A DNA stretch of 64,000 nt from Longimicrobiales bacterium (GCA_965238005.1 OZ250165.1:2400001-2464000); one strand, 5' to 3'. Counted from the stretch's first letter, positions 41,070 through 50,179 are shown. Notes: generated by a model from the letters alone, not told the origin. Made by a program: numbers and translations.

Positions 41070-41372
41070 CTACTCTACCGGCTGCCCGTCGAGCTGACTG
41101 ACGCGCGTCCGAAGGTGCTTTGAGGGCTTGAACACCGGAACGCTCCTGGACGGCACCTCCACACCTTCGCCAGTCCGTGGGTTCCGGGCCATCCGGCTCT
41201 TCCGCTTTCGCACCTTGAAGGTTCCGAACCCACGGATCTCGATGTTCTCTCCGTTGGCCAATGCCCGCTTTACGGCGTTGAGGAATCCATCGACAATCAG
41301 GGCGCAGTCCTTCTTGGTGATCCCGGGACCGATGGCTTCCGCGACCTGTTCGACGAGGTCCGCCTTGGTCAT
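41070..41372 (-). CDS. HU/IHF family DNA-binding protein
   Basis: MTKADLV, IRGFGTF, ARNPRTG, PVFKP; GGAGG RBS. Confidence 0.95.
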   Translation of the reverse strand: MTKADLVEQVAEAIGPGITKKDCALIVDGFLNAVKRALANGENIEIRGFGTFKVRKRKSRMARNPRTGEGVEVPSRSVPVFKPSKHLRTRVSQLDGQPVE

Positions 41373-41417
41373 CCATTCCTCCGCAATGCGAAAAGTCCGA
41401 GCGATGGCAGGGCTGCC

Positions 41418-41447
41418 ACGGTAACGCTCTCGAACCTGGAACGTCAA
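41418..41447 (-). promoter_or_regulatory. Sigma70-like promoter of the HU gene
   Basis: TTGACG-N18-TACCGT. Confidence 0.5.
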
Positions 41448-41460
41448 GTGCCCCTTGGAC

Positions 41461-42585
41461 CTACGGGCGCCGGGCCTCCATGAGTGCGATGAACTGATCG
41501 AAAAGGTACCGACTGTCGTGGGGTCCCGGAGCAGCTTCAGGGTGATACTGGACCGCAAACACGGGCCGTTCCCGGTGGACCACGCCCTCCGCGGTTCCGT
41601 CATAGAGATTGACGTGCGTAAGCCGGAGCTCCGGAGCTCCGGGAATCTCGTCCCCTTCTCCCAGGGTCACCGCGAATCCATGGTTCTGGGACGTGATCTC
41701 CACGGTATTCTGGTCGAGATTGCGGACCGGGTGGTTTCCCCCGTGATGACCGAAGGGGAGCTTGTAAGTCCTGGCACCGAAGGCCCGTGCGATGAGCTGG
41801 TGGCCAAGGCAGATTCCGAAGACGGGGGTGTCGTTTTCGGAAAGCCGGAGGATGGCGGCCTCGGCCTTCTCGACAGCTGAAGGATCCCCCGGTCCGTTGG
41901 AGACGAACATCCCGTCGGGGTGCTCGGCGAGAATGTCCTCCACCGACGTATCCGCGGGAATGACCGTCACACGGCAGCCCCCCTCGGCCAGAAGCCGCGG
42001 CGAGTGAGCCTTGACGCCGAAGTCGTAGGCGAGAACGTGGAAGCGCTCCTCGCCCACGGCCTCGACCACGTAGGGGTCGTCCGTGGATACGCCACAGGCC
42101 AGATCGAGACCTTCCATGCGTGGATGCGCAAGCACGCTCTCCAGCAGGGCCTCCTCGTCCGTCTCCGCCGGCGCGATGGCACCGCGCATGGCTCCCTCGG
42201 ATCGGATATGGCGGGTCAGTGCCCTGGTGTCGACCTCTGCGATTCCAACAACGCCGTGGGCCGTCAGATATTCCTCCAGCGAAGCCGTCGCCCGCCACGA
42301 AGAGTGCTGCGGGGGAAGCTCACGAACCACAAACCCGGTGACCTGTGGGCTATCCGACTCCCGGTCTTGGTCGTTCACTCCGTAGTTGCCGATCAGCGGA
42401 TACGTCATGACGACGTGCTGACCAGAATACGACGGATCCGTGAGGATCTCCTGGTAGCCTGTCATGGAGGTGTTGAAGACCACCTCCCCCAGTGAGGGGC
42501 CCGGGGCGCCGACGCGAAAACCGTCGAAGCGCCGGCCGTCCTCGAGGAGCAGGTACACGGGTTCGCGTGGATGAGTGCGAGCCAC
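41461..42585 (-). CDS. carA: Carbamoyl-phosphate synthase small subunit
   Basis: GEVVFNT.MTGYQE..TDPSY, SNGPGDP, GICLGHQ, QYHPEA.PGP.D. Confidence 0.96.
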   Translation of the reverse strand: MARTHPREPVYLLLEDGRRFDGFRVGAPGPSLGEVVFNTSMTGYQEILTDPSYSGQHVVMTYPLIGNYGVNDQDRESDSPQVTGFVVRELPPQHSSWRATASLEEYLTAHGVVGIAEVDTRALTRHIRSEGAMRGAIAPAETDEEALLESVLAHPRMEGLDLACGVSTDDPYVVEAVGEERFHVLAYDFGVKAHSPRLLAEGGCRVTVIPADTSVEDILAEHPDGMFVSNGPGDPSAVEKAEAAILRLSENDTPVFGICLGHQLIARAFGARTYKLPFGHHGGNHPVRNLDQNTVEITSQNHGFAVTLGEGDEIPGAPELRLTHVNLYDGTAEGVVHRERPVFAVQYHPEAAPGPHDSRYLFDQFIALMEARRP

Positions 42586-42797
42586 CAGCTAAAGGCCTCA
42601 AGTCCGAGTTAGATGTGTTGCCGTCAGTAGCCTCCGACCGCCGGCGGAATCTAGAACCGGAGCAAACCGAGTCAAGCTTACGCGCCACCCGTTCCGCGGC
42701 CCCTTTCGGCACCCTACCTTTCTCGCGATCCGCCGGAGGGCGAGCGCCGGCACCCATCCAGCAGGCAGACAATTGACCCAGGAGAAGAAGAGCCAAA

Positions 42798-43370
42798 ATG
42801 ACGGAGCCGCCCGAGATCGCCATCTACGCCGACGAGTCGTGCCTCGGCAACCAGTTCAGGACCCGTGCCAACCCTGGAGGCGCCGGAGGTCTCGTCGAGT
42901 ACTGGACAAGTGATGAGTGGGTGCGCCGGGACTACTGGGTCTCCGAGCCGGACACGACCAACAACCGCATGGCCCTTCGAAGCACGATCGAGGGCCTGAC
43001 TCTGCTACGGAAGCGCCGGTGCAGGGTCCACTTCGTCTCGGACAGCCAGTACATCGTGAAGGGGATGAAGGAGTGGCTGAAGGGGTGGAAGGCCCGGGGG
43101 TGGAGACGGAAGGGCGGTGAGATCGGCAACCTGGACCTCTGGAAGGAGCTAGATCGAATCGCCTCAGGGCACGAAGTCCGGTGGAGCTGGATTCGCGGCC
43201 ACGGCGGCCACGCGCAGAACGAGTACGCCAACCACCTGGCCACCCGAGCCGCCAAAGAGGGCACGGCGTCTGGGGGGCTCGTCGAGAGCGGATACCAGGT
43301 CTGGTTGGAAGAGCAGCGCGACAAGCAAGGTCGCTATCTCGATCATTTAGAGAACGCCCCGCCCGAATGA
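42798..43370 (+). CDS. rnhA: Ribonuclease HI
   Basis: IYADESCLGN, TTNNRM, SDSQY, N.DLW, GH.GH..NE. Confidence 0.9.
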   Translation: MTEPPEIAIYADESCLGNQFRTRANPGGAGGLVEYWTSDEWVRRDYWVSEPDTTNNRMALRSTIEGLTLLRKRRCRVHFVSDSQYIVKGMKEWLKGWKARGWRRKGGEIGNLDLWKELDRIASGHEVRWSWIRGHGGHAQNEYANHLATRAAKEGTASGGLVESGYQVWLEEQRDKQGRYLDHLENAPPE

Positions 43371-43421
43371 TCAATCGGTGCACGGAACCGGCTACGAGGC
43401 CTGCAAAAGCAAAACCCTGCC

Positions 43422-43466
43422 AAAAAAAAGGAGCCCCCGGCGCGGCAAGCCGCTTCGAGGGCTCCT
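43422..43466 (-). terminator. Intrinsic terminator
   Basis: Minus strand GGAGCCC...GGGCTCC followed by T8. Confidence 0.85.
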
Positions 43467-43770
43467 ATTTCGTTGGTAGAAGCTTCGTCTCGCTTGGAGT
43501 CCTACCCACCTTCCGGCTCGCCTTACGGCTCGCCTTCTGTCGGGCAGCTGACTCAGCTTCCCTTGTCCCGTTGTCGCGCGGTCAGCAACTTCGGGTCCTC
43601 CGAGCTCCGGAGGGTTCAGCGGAGACCAACGACTCCTCCGCCGGCTCACCGAGGTCCAATCCTCGACTCGCTTCCACCGCTACGACGTCCCGTCCGGTGA
43701 ATCACGTTTCGCGATCCGCATGAAGGGATGACCAACGCCATCGAATCAGCGTGCCACACCGGAAACGCAC
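43422..43770 (-). ncRNA. Candidate ~350-nt structured non-coding RNA of unknown family
   Basis: Bracketed by a promoter and terminator; dense hairpins; no credible ORF. Confidence 0.6.
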
Positions 43771-43774
43771 CTAC

Positions 43775-43803
43775 AGTATGGGCGGGCTCCTCCCTCGCGT
43801 CAA
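43775..43803 (-). promoter_or_regulatory. Sigma70-like promoter of the candidate ncRNA
   Basis: TTGACG-N17-CATACT, with AT-rich sequence further upstream. Confidence 0.6.
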
Positions 43804-44000
43804 GCTTCTAGAGCGTCGTCCGCGGCAAAACATATATTATCCCCCAACCAATTGTCAATCATAGTGTTACGCGATCGTGGAGATCGGTTTCGACCCCTCC
43901 GACGGAGGCCCGTAAACAGATTGGTTTTTCTCGCTCACACAGGGAAAGACGGGCGAGATCCGCGTTTGGGGTTCCGAAACAATAAGCCCCTTGAACGACC

Positions 44001-44714
44001 TCAGACCGCCTCTGAGGTAGGCTCATTTGTTGGCCCGCCAACACCAATATCGCGCTCAAACGCACTTGCGAAGGACTCGCGGACGACGGGGATGACCTCT
44101 GCGACTCCGATGGGCCGGGCGAGCTCTCTGGAGAGCGACGTCACCGAGCGGTCCGCGATGCCACACGGAACGATCGTCTGGTAGTAGGAGAGGTCGCTGT
44201 CGACGTTCAGCGCGAAGCCGTGGGAGGTGATCCAACCGCTGGACACACGGACGCCGATGGCCGCGATCTTTCGATCCTCCACCCAAACGCCCGTCAACCC
44301 CGGTACCGTTTCCCCCCGGACCCCCAGCTCCTCCAAGGCGGCGATGAGCATAGTCTCGAGGTCTCTCAAATAGCCGAGCAGATCCTGGCGATCGGGCTTG
44401 AGGTCCAGGATGGGGTAGCCCACGAGTTGGCCCGGACCGTGGTAGGTAACGTCACCTCCCCGCCCCGCTTCGAAGAGCTCGAGGCCGAGCTGAGTTCTGC
44501 GTGCGTCGTCGGCCAGCACGTGCTCGAGATTCGATCCTGTGCCGAGGGTGATGACGTGGGGATGCTCCAGGAGGAGGAGCTGGTCCGGTACCTCACCGGC
44601 ACGCCGACGCGCTACCAGATCCTCCTGGAGCTCCAGGGCCTCCCCGTACGGGACGAGGCCAAGGCTCTGTACCTCCAGCTCTGCCGAGTCACTCGAATAC
44701 GGAGGGTCCGACAC
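44001..44714 (-). CDS. lipB: Lipoyl(octanoyl) transferase
   Basis: LEHP.V.TLG, RGG.VTYHGPGQLVGYP, KIAAIG, HGFALN, PCG. Confidence 0.95.
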   Translation of the reverse strand: MSDPPYSSDSAELEVQSLGLVPYGEALELQEDLVARRRAGEVPDQLLLLEHPHVITLGTGSNLEHVLADDARRTQLGLELFEAGRGGDVTYHGPGQLVGYPILDLKPDRQDLLGYLRDLETMLIAALEELGVRGETVPGLTGVWVEDRKIAAIGVRVSSGWITSHGFALNVDSDLSYYQTIVPCGIADRSVTSLSRELARPIGVAEVIPVVRESFASAFERDIGVGGPTNEPTSEAV

Positions 44715-44721
44715 CGGATGT

Positions 44722-44812
44722 TAGTGTCCTGCTTCCAAAGTGGCGCGGCCAGTCGAGGGCACGGTGCATCCGACCCTCTTGGTGGCTCCCGAACTTCGGA
44801 AACGGGACACTA
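44722..44812 (-). mobile_element. MITE family B, internally deleted 91-bp copy
   Basis: Both TIRs present with TA on each side; its end supplies the E2 stop codon. Confidence 0.85.
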
Positions 44813-46216
44813 TGCGTCCTCGGGGAAGTCCTCCAGGAGCGCTTTGAGTCCCGAGAGGAATCTCGCGGCGTCGGCGCCATCCACGATCCGGTGATCGTAC
44901 CCGAGGGAGAAGAGCGACCGCTTCCGGATAGCGATGGCGTCCGTGCCCGTGGCCGGATCCTCCACCACCACAGTCCGCTTCTCGATGGCACCCGTGCCCA
45001 GGATCGCTGCGGTACCCTTCGGGATGACAGGCATCCCGACCAGAGTGCCGAGGACACCCGGGTTCGTGATGGAGAACGTGGCGCCCTGAATCTCCGACGG
45101 GTTGAGCCGCCTGGAGCGCGCCCGCTCGGCAAGGTCAATGATCTTCTTGCCGATGCCAACCAGGCTCAGATCGTCGGCGTCGTGGATCACTGGGACGATG
45201 AGCCCGGGATCGAGATCCACCGCCATACCGATGTTCACGTTGCCGCGGTGGATGATGCTGTTCCCTGACACCGTTCCGTTGACGTTCGGGAAGCTGCGCA
45301 GCAGGCGCGAGCACGCCCACGCCACGAAGGCCGTGTAGCTGACCCTGGCCCCCTGCTCCGCCCACTTGGCCTTGTTCGCAGCCCGGATCCGGTCCACGCG
45401 CGAGAAGTCGATCTCGATGAACGAGTGCACATGGGGTGCCACCCGCTTCGCCAGAACCATGTGCTTCGCCGTGAGCCGACGGATCTTGTCCATGGGCTCC
45501 ACCTGGTCGCCCTCGCGGACCGGGAACTCGGGGTGCTGCACCTCCCCGTAGAAGGCGGTCCAGAGGTCGGACGGAGCTGCTGCCGCCGCCGGTTGCGCGG
45601 CGGGTGCCGGAGCGGCCGGCTGCGCGACGGCCGGAGCTGGTTCGGTGGACGGAGCGACCGTAGGCTGCGCCGCAGCTCCGCCGCCCTCAATGAAGCTCAG
45701 GATGTCCTGCTTGGTGACCCGGCCGGCGTGGCCCGTGCCCGGCACGTCACGGATGGCGATTCCGTGCTCCTCGGCGATGCGCCTGACCACCGGAGTGGAC
45801 TTCGTCCGCAAGCGGTCCTCCGCCAACTGGGGGGCCCCGTCTTCGGACGGAGCCGGAGCACTCGGAGGAGGTGCGGGCTCAGCATCCGGCGCCGGTGTTT
45901 GCTCATCGGCAATGGGTGGTACCGCTGGAGCCGTTTCGGCCATCTCGGCTGGTTCGGCTACGGCCGGAGCACCACCCTCCGTGTCGATGAACGCTACGAT
46001 CGTGCCCACCTCGACCGTCTCCCCCTCCTGGATCCTGACCTCCACCAGGGTCCCCGACTGCGGGGAGGGGATCTCGGCGTCCACCTTGTCGGTGGAGATC
46101 TCCAGGATCGGCTCGTCTCGCTCGACCTTGTCCCCGACCTGCTTCAGCCACTTCGATACCGTGCCCTCGGCGATGGACTCACCCATCTGGGGCATGGGAA
46201 CCTCGATGCGGGCCAC
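44810..46216 (-). CDS. 2-oxoacid dehydrogenase E2 (dihydrolipoamide acyltransferase)
   Basis: Lipoyl domain STDKV, E3-binding domain, catalytic DHRIVDG. Confidence 0.93.
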   Translation of the reverse strand: MARIEVPMPQMGESIAEGTVSKWLKQVGDKVERDEPILEISTDKVDAEIPSPQSGTLVEVRIQEGETVEVGTIVAFIDTEGGAPAVAEPAEMAETAPAVPPIADEQTPAPDAEPAPPPSAPAPSEDGAPQLAEDRLRTKSTPVVRRIAEEHGIAIRDVPGTGHAGRVTKQDILSFIEGGGAAAQPTVAPSTEPAPAVAQPAAPAPAAQPAAAAAPSDLWTAFYGEVQHPEFPVREGDQVEPMDKIRRLTAKHMVLAKRVAPHVHSFIEIDFSRVDRIRAANKAKWAEQGARVSYTAFVAWACSRLLRSFPNVNGTVSGNSIIHRGNVNIGMAVDLDPGLIVPVIHDADDLSLVGIGKKIIDLAERARSRRLNPSEIQGATFSITNPGVLGTLVGMPVIPKGTAAILGTGAIEKRTVVVEDPATGTDAIAIRKRSLFSLGYDHRIVDGADAARFLSGLKALLEDFPEDA

Positions 46217-46310
46217 TCTGTTCTCTCCGATCTGTCGGTGCTCGAATCCGAATCGGCGACCCCAGAGTACCCGGAGGCTCGGTGGGCGGTCCCACGGTCG
46301 CCGTCCTGTC

Positions 46311-46560
46311 CTAGGAGCCCGTCCGGGTAATGGGGAGAGCCGCGTTAGGAGGCGCCACGAGGCCAGCCCCTAGGCGGCTCCCCGAAGGCATAGCCATAGC
46401 TACGTCGAGGGGCGCCAGCAACAGGGGGCACCGCCGCGAAGCGGTGGTCGGCCCCGTGCCGCCCTAGTCGGCCCCGTGCCGCCCTAACCGGGCACCGACA
46501 GGGCACCAGCCCTGTTGGTCGGGCACAGGGGGGTTACGCGGTTGATCGGGTGTCTCTCCT
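46311..46560. repeat. Repeat/MITE-like insert with cGAAg hairpin and 20-bp tandem duplication
   Basis: Starts CTAGGAGCCCGTCC; ACCGCCGC-GAA-GCGGTGGT hairpin; GTCGGCCCCGTGCCGCCCTA x2 at 46447-46486. Confidence 0.5.
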
Positions 46561-46561
46561 C

Positions 46562-46909
46562 GTCGTATGCCGGCGAGATGAAGTCCATGAACTGCATCTC
46601 CACCACCGGTCGAAGCCCCATGTGCGCCGCCCCGGCCGCCGCCCCCGTGAAGCCGCCCTCGACGATGGGGGTATCGATGACGCGCTTTTCCCCGAAATAG
46701 TCCAGGAAGCCCCGCGTGACCTTGAACGCGCCACCGTAGACTCCAATGTCCTCCCCGATGAGGAAGACCGTGTCATCGGCGACCATCTCCTCGAAGAGAC
46801 CCTCGCTGACGGCCTCGAGGAAAGTCACGGTCTCACTGCGTTCGGTCTTCGTTACGTGCTCCGGCTTGACCGTGGTCACGACCGTGTCCGACTCGCGCTT
46901 CGCCGTCAT
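46562..46909 (-). pseudogene. 2-oxoacid dehydrogenase E1 beta subunit, 3'-truncated
   Basis: [28 protein letters not shown]; similarity ends after about 116 codons. Confidence 0.88.
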
Positions 46910-46910
46910 G

Positions 46911-47097
46911 CTAGTGTTCCGTTTCCGAAGTTCGCGAGCCACCAAAAGGGTCAGGGCGCCGTGGGATCAAGGCGGGACGACACGGCGTAGCGCAAGCGGG
47001 CACCGCGCGAAGCGTGGTCGTAAGGAGTTCCAACGCCGAGGCCACGGATGCACCGTGCCCCTCGACTGGCCGAGACACTTTGGCAACGGGACACTGG
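46911..47097 (+). mobile_element. MITE family B, full copy
   Basis: TIRs AGTGTTCCGTTTCCGAAGT / ACTTTGGCAACGGGACACT (16/19 match). Confidence 0.88.
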
Positions 47098-47138
47098 CAT
47101 CGCCGCTCCGGCCTCCTGGCCCAAGGAACGATAGACGG

Positions 47139-47522
47139 TCAGTCGTTGCCTTCGTCGTTGCCGGTCGGGTTGTTGGCTTCACCAGTCTCGGTCGCCCCTT
47201 GTCCACCCTGATCGAGGGTGGGAAGGATCGGCTGCGCCGCAGGAGCCGTGGGCTGAGCGTCCGGACGAAGAATCGACTCGGGCAGCTGCGCTCGGGACGA
47301 CATGATGGACAGCACCAACGCCAACGCCATGAAGACGGATCCGGTGGTCCACGTGGCTCTGGTCAAGACGGTCGTGGCCTGCCGGCCACCCAGGATTCCG
47401 TCCGTGGCGGCGGCACCACCACCCATTGCCGCCAGACCGCCGCCCTTCCCCGACTGGAGGAGGACCACGACGCCGAGGAGAATCCCGTCGAGTACCAGGA
47501 GCGCAAGCAGTAAACCGAACAT
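47139..47522 (-). CDS. secG: Preprotein translocase subunit SecG
   Basis: VLLQSGKGGGLAA, LTRAT; follows tpiA. Confidence 0.92.
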   Translation of the reverse strand: MFGLLLALLVLDGILLGVVVLLQSGKGGGLAAMGGGAAATDGILGGRQATTVLTRATWTTGSVFMALALVLSIMSSRAQLPESILRPDAQPTAPAAQPILPTLDQGGQGATETGEANNPTGNDEGND

Positions 47523-47603
47523 GATCGTCTGGCTGAGAGGGTGCGAAACAGCAGATAAACCTCGCCGAGAAGCCCCCATGTGTCAACCCGGAAACCCTTG
47601 TAG

Positions 47604-48353
47604 TCAGCCGGCTTCAGCGATTACGGCGAAGGACTTGGCATCGAGGCTGGCACCCCCCACCAAGACCCCATCCACATCCGAGGCGGCCAGCAGCTCAGCC
47701 ACGTTGGAGGGCTTCACGCTGCCCCCATAGAGGATCGGCACTTCGGCGGCTCGATCCGCCCCCAGCGTCTCGACCATACGCTCCCGGAGAGTCCCGTGAG
47801 CGGCTGCGGCATCGGCCGAGGTCGCGGTCTCACCCGTACCGATGGCCCATACGGGCTCATAGGCCAGGAGGAAGCGTGGCGCACCCTCGGGGAGACCTTC
47901 CAGAGCTGCATCCAGCTGGCGGACAATCACCTCGTCGACACGACCCGCCTGGCGCTCTTCCAGTGTCTCTCCGACGCACACCACTGGAATGAGCCCCTCC
48001 CCGAGCGCCGCGGAGACCTTCTGCCGAACCTCGTCGTCCGTCTCGCCGAAAACGTGTCTGCGCTCGGAGTGACCCACGAGAGCGTACTGAGCCCCGGCGG
48101 ACAGGGCCATACCGGCCGAGTGCTCTCCCGTGTAGGCTCCCTTGGGCTCCCAGTGGATGTTCTGGATCCCCAGGGCCACCTCCGGACGGCCTGTGCGGGC
48201 TTCGACGGCGGCCAGCAGCGATATGGCAGGGGGGAAGATCACAATCGTTGGCTCTGGGTTCGAGAGCTCGGGCGAGAACTGGTAGAAGAATTCCCGCGTG
48301 GCGGAGGGGCCGTGATGCATCTTCCAATTGCCTGCGATTAGAGTTGGTCTCAC
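47604..48353 (-). CDS. tpiA: Triosephosphate isomerase
   Basis: AGNWKM, GHSERR, AYEPVWAIGTG, LVGGASL. Confidence 0.97.
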   Translation of the reverse strand: MRPTLIAGNWKMHHGPSATREFFYQFSPELSNPEPTIVIFPPAISLLAAVEARTGRPEVALGIQNIHWEPKGAYTGEHSAGMALSAGAQYALVGHSERRHVFGETDDEVRQKVSAALGEGLIPVVCVGETLEERQAGRVDEVIVRQLDAALEGLPEGAPRFLLAYEPVWAIGTGETATSADAAAAHGTLRERMVETLGADRAAEVPILYGGSVKPSNVAELLAASDVDGVLVGGASLDAKSFAVIAEAG

Positions 48354-48436
48354 TGGTCTTCCCCTTGGTGTCCTGTATTCTTGTGGTGCCCCGGATCCCT
48401 TAGATGTGCTCGATCGGAAGTTGTCATCGCAGCCCA

Positions 48437-49651
48437 TCAGCCCGACCGATCGGACAGCGCCTCGAGTCCCGGCAGCTCGGCGCCGGACAGGAAGTGGAGA
48501 GCCGCACCTCCCCCCGTGGATACATACGTCATCCGCGAAGCGACACCGGCGGCTTCGGCCGCCGCGGCCAAGTCGCCCCCACCGAGCACCACCGTGGCCC
48601 CGTCGGCGGCGGCCTGGGCGGCCACCTCGGCCATGGCGATCGTCCCGACCCCGAACTCCGGCACCTCGAACATTCCCATGGGGCCGTTCCAGACCACCGT
48701 CCCGGCGGCGGCCACCTCCTCGGCGAAGAGCCGGGTCGACGCCGGGCCGATGTCGCCGATCCGCTCCTCCGGCCTCACTTCCGTGCGAGGGACCTCTCGC
48801 GTCACGGCCCCGTCAGTAAGCTCCAGGGCAGTCACGACGTCCACCGGAAGCAGGATCTTGTCGCCGGCCCCGGCCATCAGATCGCGAGCAACCTCGATCC
48901 GGTCTGGCTCCACTAGGGACTGGCCCACCTCGAGGCCAAGAGTCAGGAAGAACGTGTTGGTCATTGCCCCACCGATGAGCAGCCGATCCACGGCCGGAAG
49001 AAGCGCCTCGATGACCTCGATCTTCCCTGAGATCTTCGCCCCACCGATGACCGCCACGAAGGGATGTTCGGGCTCGACGAGGGCGTCACCCAGGAAGCGG
49101 AGCTCGTTCTCCATGAGGTAGCCCGCCACGGCCTCGCCTCCGGCGTCCCGAACGGCGTCTGCGATGCCCGTGGTCGACGCATGGGCCCTGTGGGCGCTTC
49201 CGAAGGCATCGTTGACAAACAGGGTGGCACCGTGCCGAAGCTCCTCAGCCCACGCTCGTTCGTTGGATGTCTCTCCCTCGTAGAAGCGCGTGTTCTCCAG
49301 GAGTAGGACGCCTCCCTCCTCCAAGGCCTCCACTGCTTCACGGGCTTCGGGACCCGTAGTCGCGGGACAGAAGTGGACCGGACTCGCGAGCAGTACTTCC
49401 AGCCGCTTGGCGACTCCGCGAAGGGACAGGGCCGCATCGGGCCGCCCCTTCGGACGCCCCAGGTGTGAGAGAAGAACGACCCTCGCCCGGCCCTGGACGA
49501 GGTGGTGGAGAGTGGGAAGCGTCCGGTCTAGGCGCGTCTGGTCGGTGACCTGGCCGTCGTCGTCCAGAGGCACATTGTAGTCGACTCGGACGACCACGAC
49601 GCGGTCCGCGAGCGATTCAAGAGGAAGGTCTTGGAGGGTCTTCTTGGCCAT
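48437..49651 (-). CDS. pgk: Phosphoglycerate kinase
   Basis: RVDYNVP, SHLGRP, NDAFG.AHRAHAS, STGGGA. Confidence 0.97.
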   Translation of the reverse strand: MAKKTLQDLPLESLADRVVVVRVDYNVPLDDDGQVTDQTRLDRTLPTLHHLVQGRARVVLLSHLGRPKGRPDAALSLRGVAKRLEVLLASPVHFCPATTGPEAREAVEALEEGGVLLLENTRFYEGETSNERAWAEELRHGATLFVNDAFGSAHRAHASTTGIADAVRDAGGEAVAGYLMENELRFLGDALVEPEHPFVAVIGGAKISGKIEVIEALLPAVDRLLIGGAMTNTFFLTLGLEVGQSLVEPDRIEVARDLMAGAGDKILLPVDVVTALELTDGAVTREVPRTEVRPEERIGDIGPASTRLFAEEVAAAGTVVWNGPMGMFEVPEFGVGTIAMAEVAAQAAADGATVVLGGGDLAAAAEAAGVASRMTYVSTGGGAALHFLSGAELPGLEALSDRSG

Positions 49652-49685
49652 TAGCGTTGGAACATACAGAAGCCCGCCCGAACCG

Positions 49686-50139
49686 CTACCGGACGGTCAG
49701 GCTCCGACGTGCCCGTATGGGCTCCCACGCACGCGGGAGGGTGGCAACGATTTCCAGCGTGTAATCACCGGCGGCCACTTCGGTCAGCTCCACGGCAACG
49801 TATTCGGTTACCCCAACCGTCGTCTCTCCCCCACACCTCCGGGTCGTCCGGAACTCGTGCACTCCGGAGGGACATACGTAAAGCCGGACCGCGGAAGGTC
49901 ACGTGCGAGCCCGCGCCGTAATCCCAGAAGACGGTCCTTAGCTCACTGCCCTCGCCCATGGCTCGCACGGAAACGGGAGGGCCGTAGCGGAGCAACACCT
50001 CGACCGCATCGGTGTCCAGGTCTCCGAATCGGAGGTTTGCGTAAGTGGCCCTTGCGAGGTGCTCCGCTTCGCGCTCGTTCACCTCTGTGGTGAGGATCGG
50101 ATCGCGCGTGCCCCAGAACGCGTCGAGCGCGACTCGGAA
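49686..50139 (-). pseudogene. GWxTD-domain-like protein remnant
   Basis: FWGTRDPILTTEVNEREAEHLARATYANLRF...TD..EV..RYGPP directly after a stop; C-terminal GDYTLEIV..RSLTVR* in another frame. Confidence 0.65.
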
Positions 50140-50179
50140 TTAAGCCACTGCCGCAAAACACTTTGTTCCCCGTCGACCC

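Noticed and set aside
43392..43723. ORFs 43392-43649 (-), 43473-43700 (+) and the tail of 43181-43723 (+)
   Set aside because: No RBS or motifs; they cross the terminator or overlap rnhA.
43422..43770. tmRNA, RNase P, SRP or 6S identity for the candidate ncRNA
   Set aside because: No tRNA-like ends, no GAGGAAAGUCC motif, and size and fold do not match by eye.
46447..46486. CRISPR-like repeat
   Set aside because: Only two adjacent 20-bp copies with no spacer.
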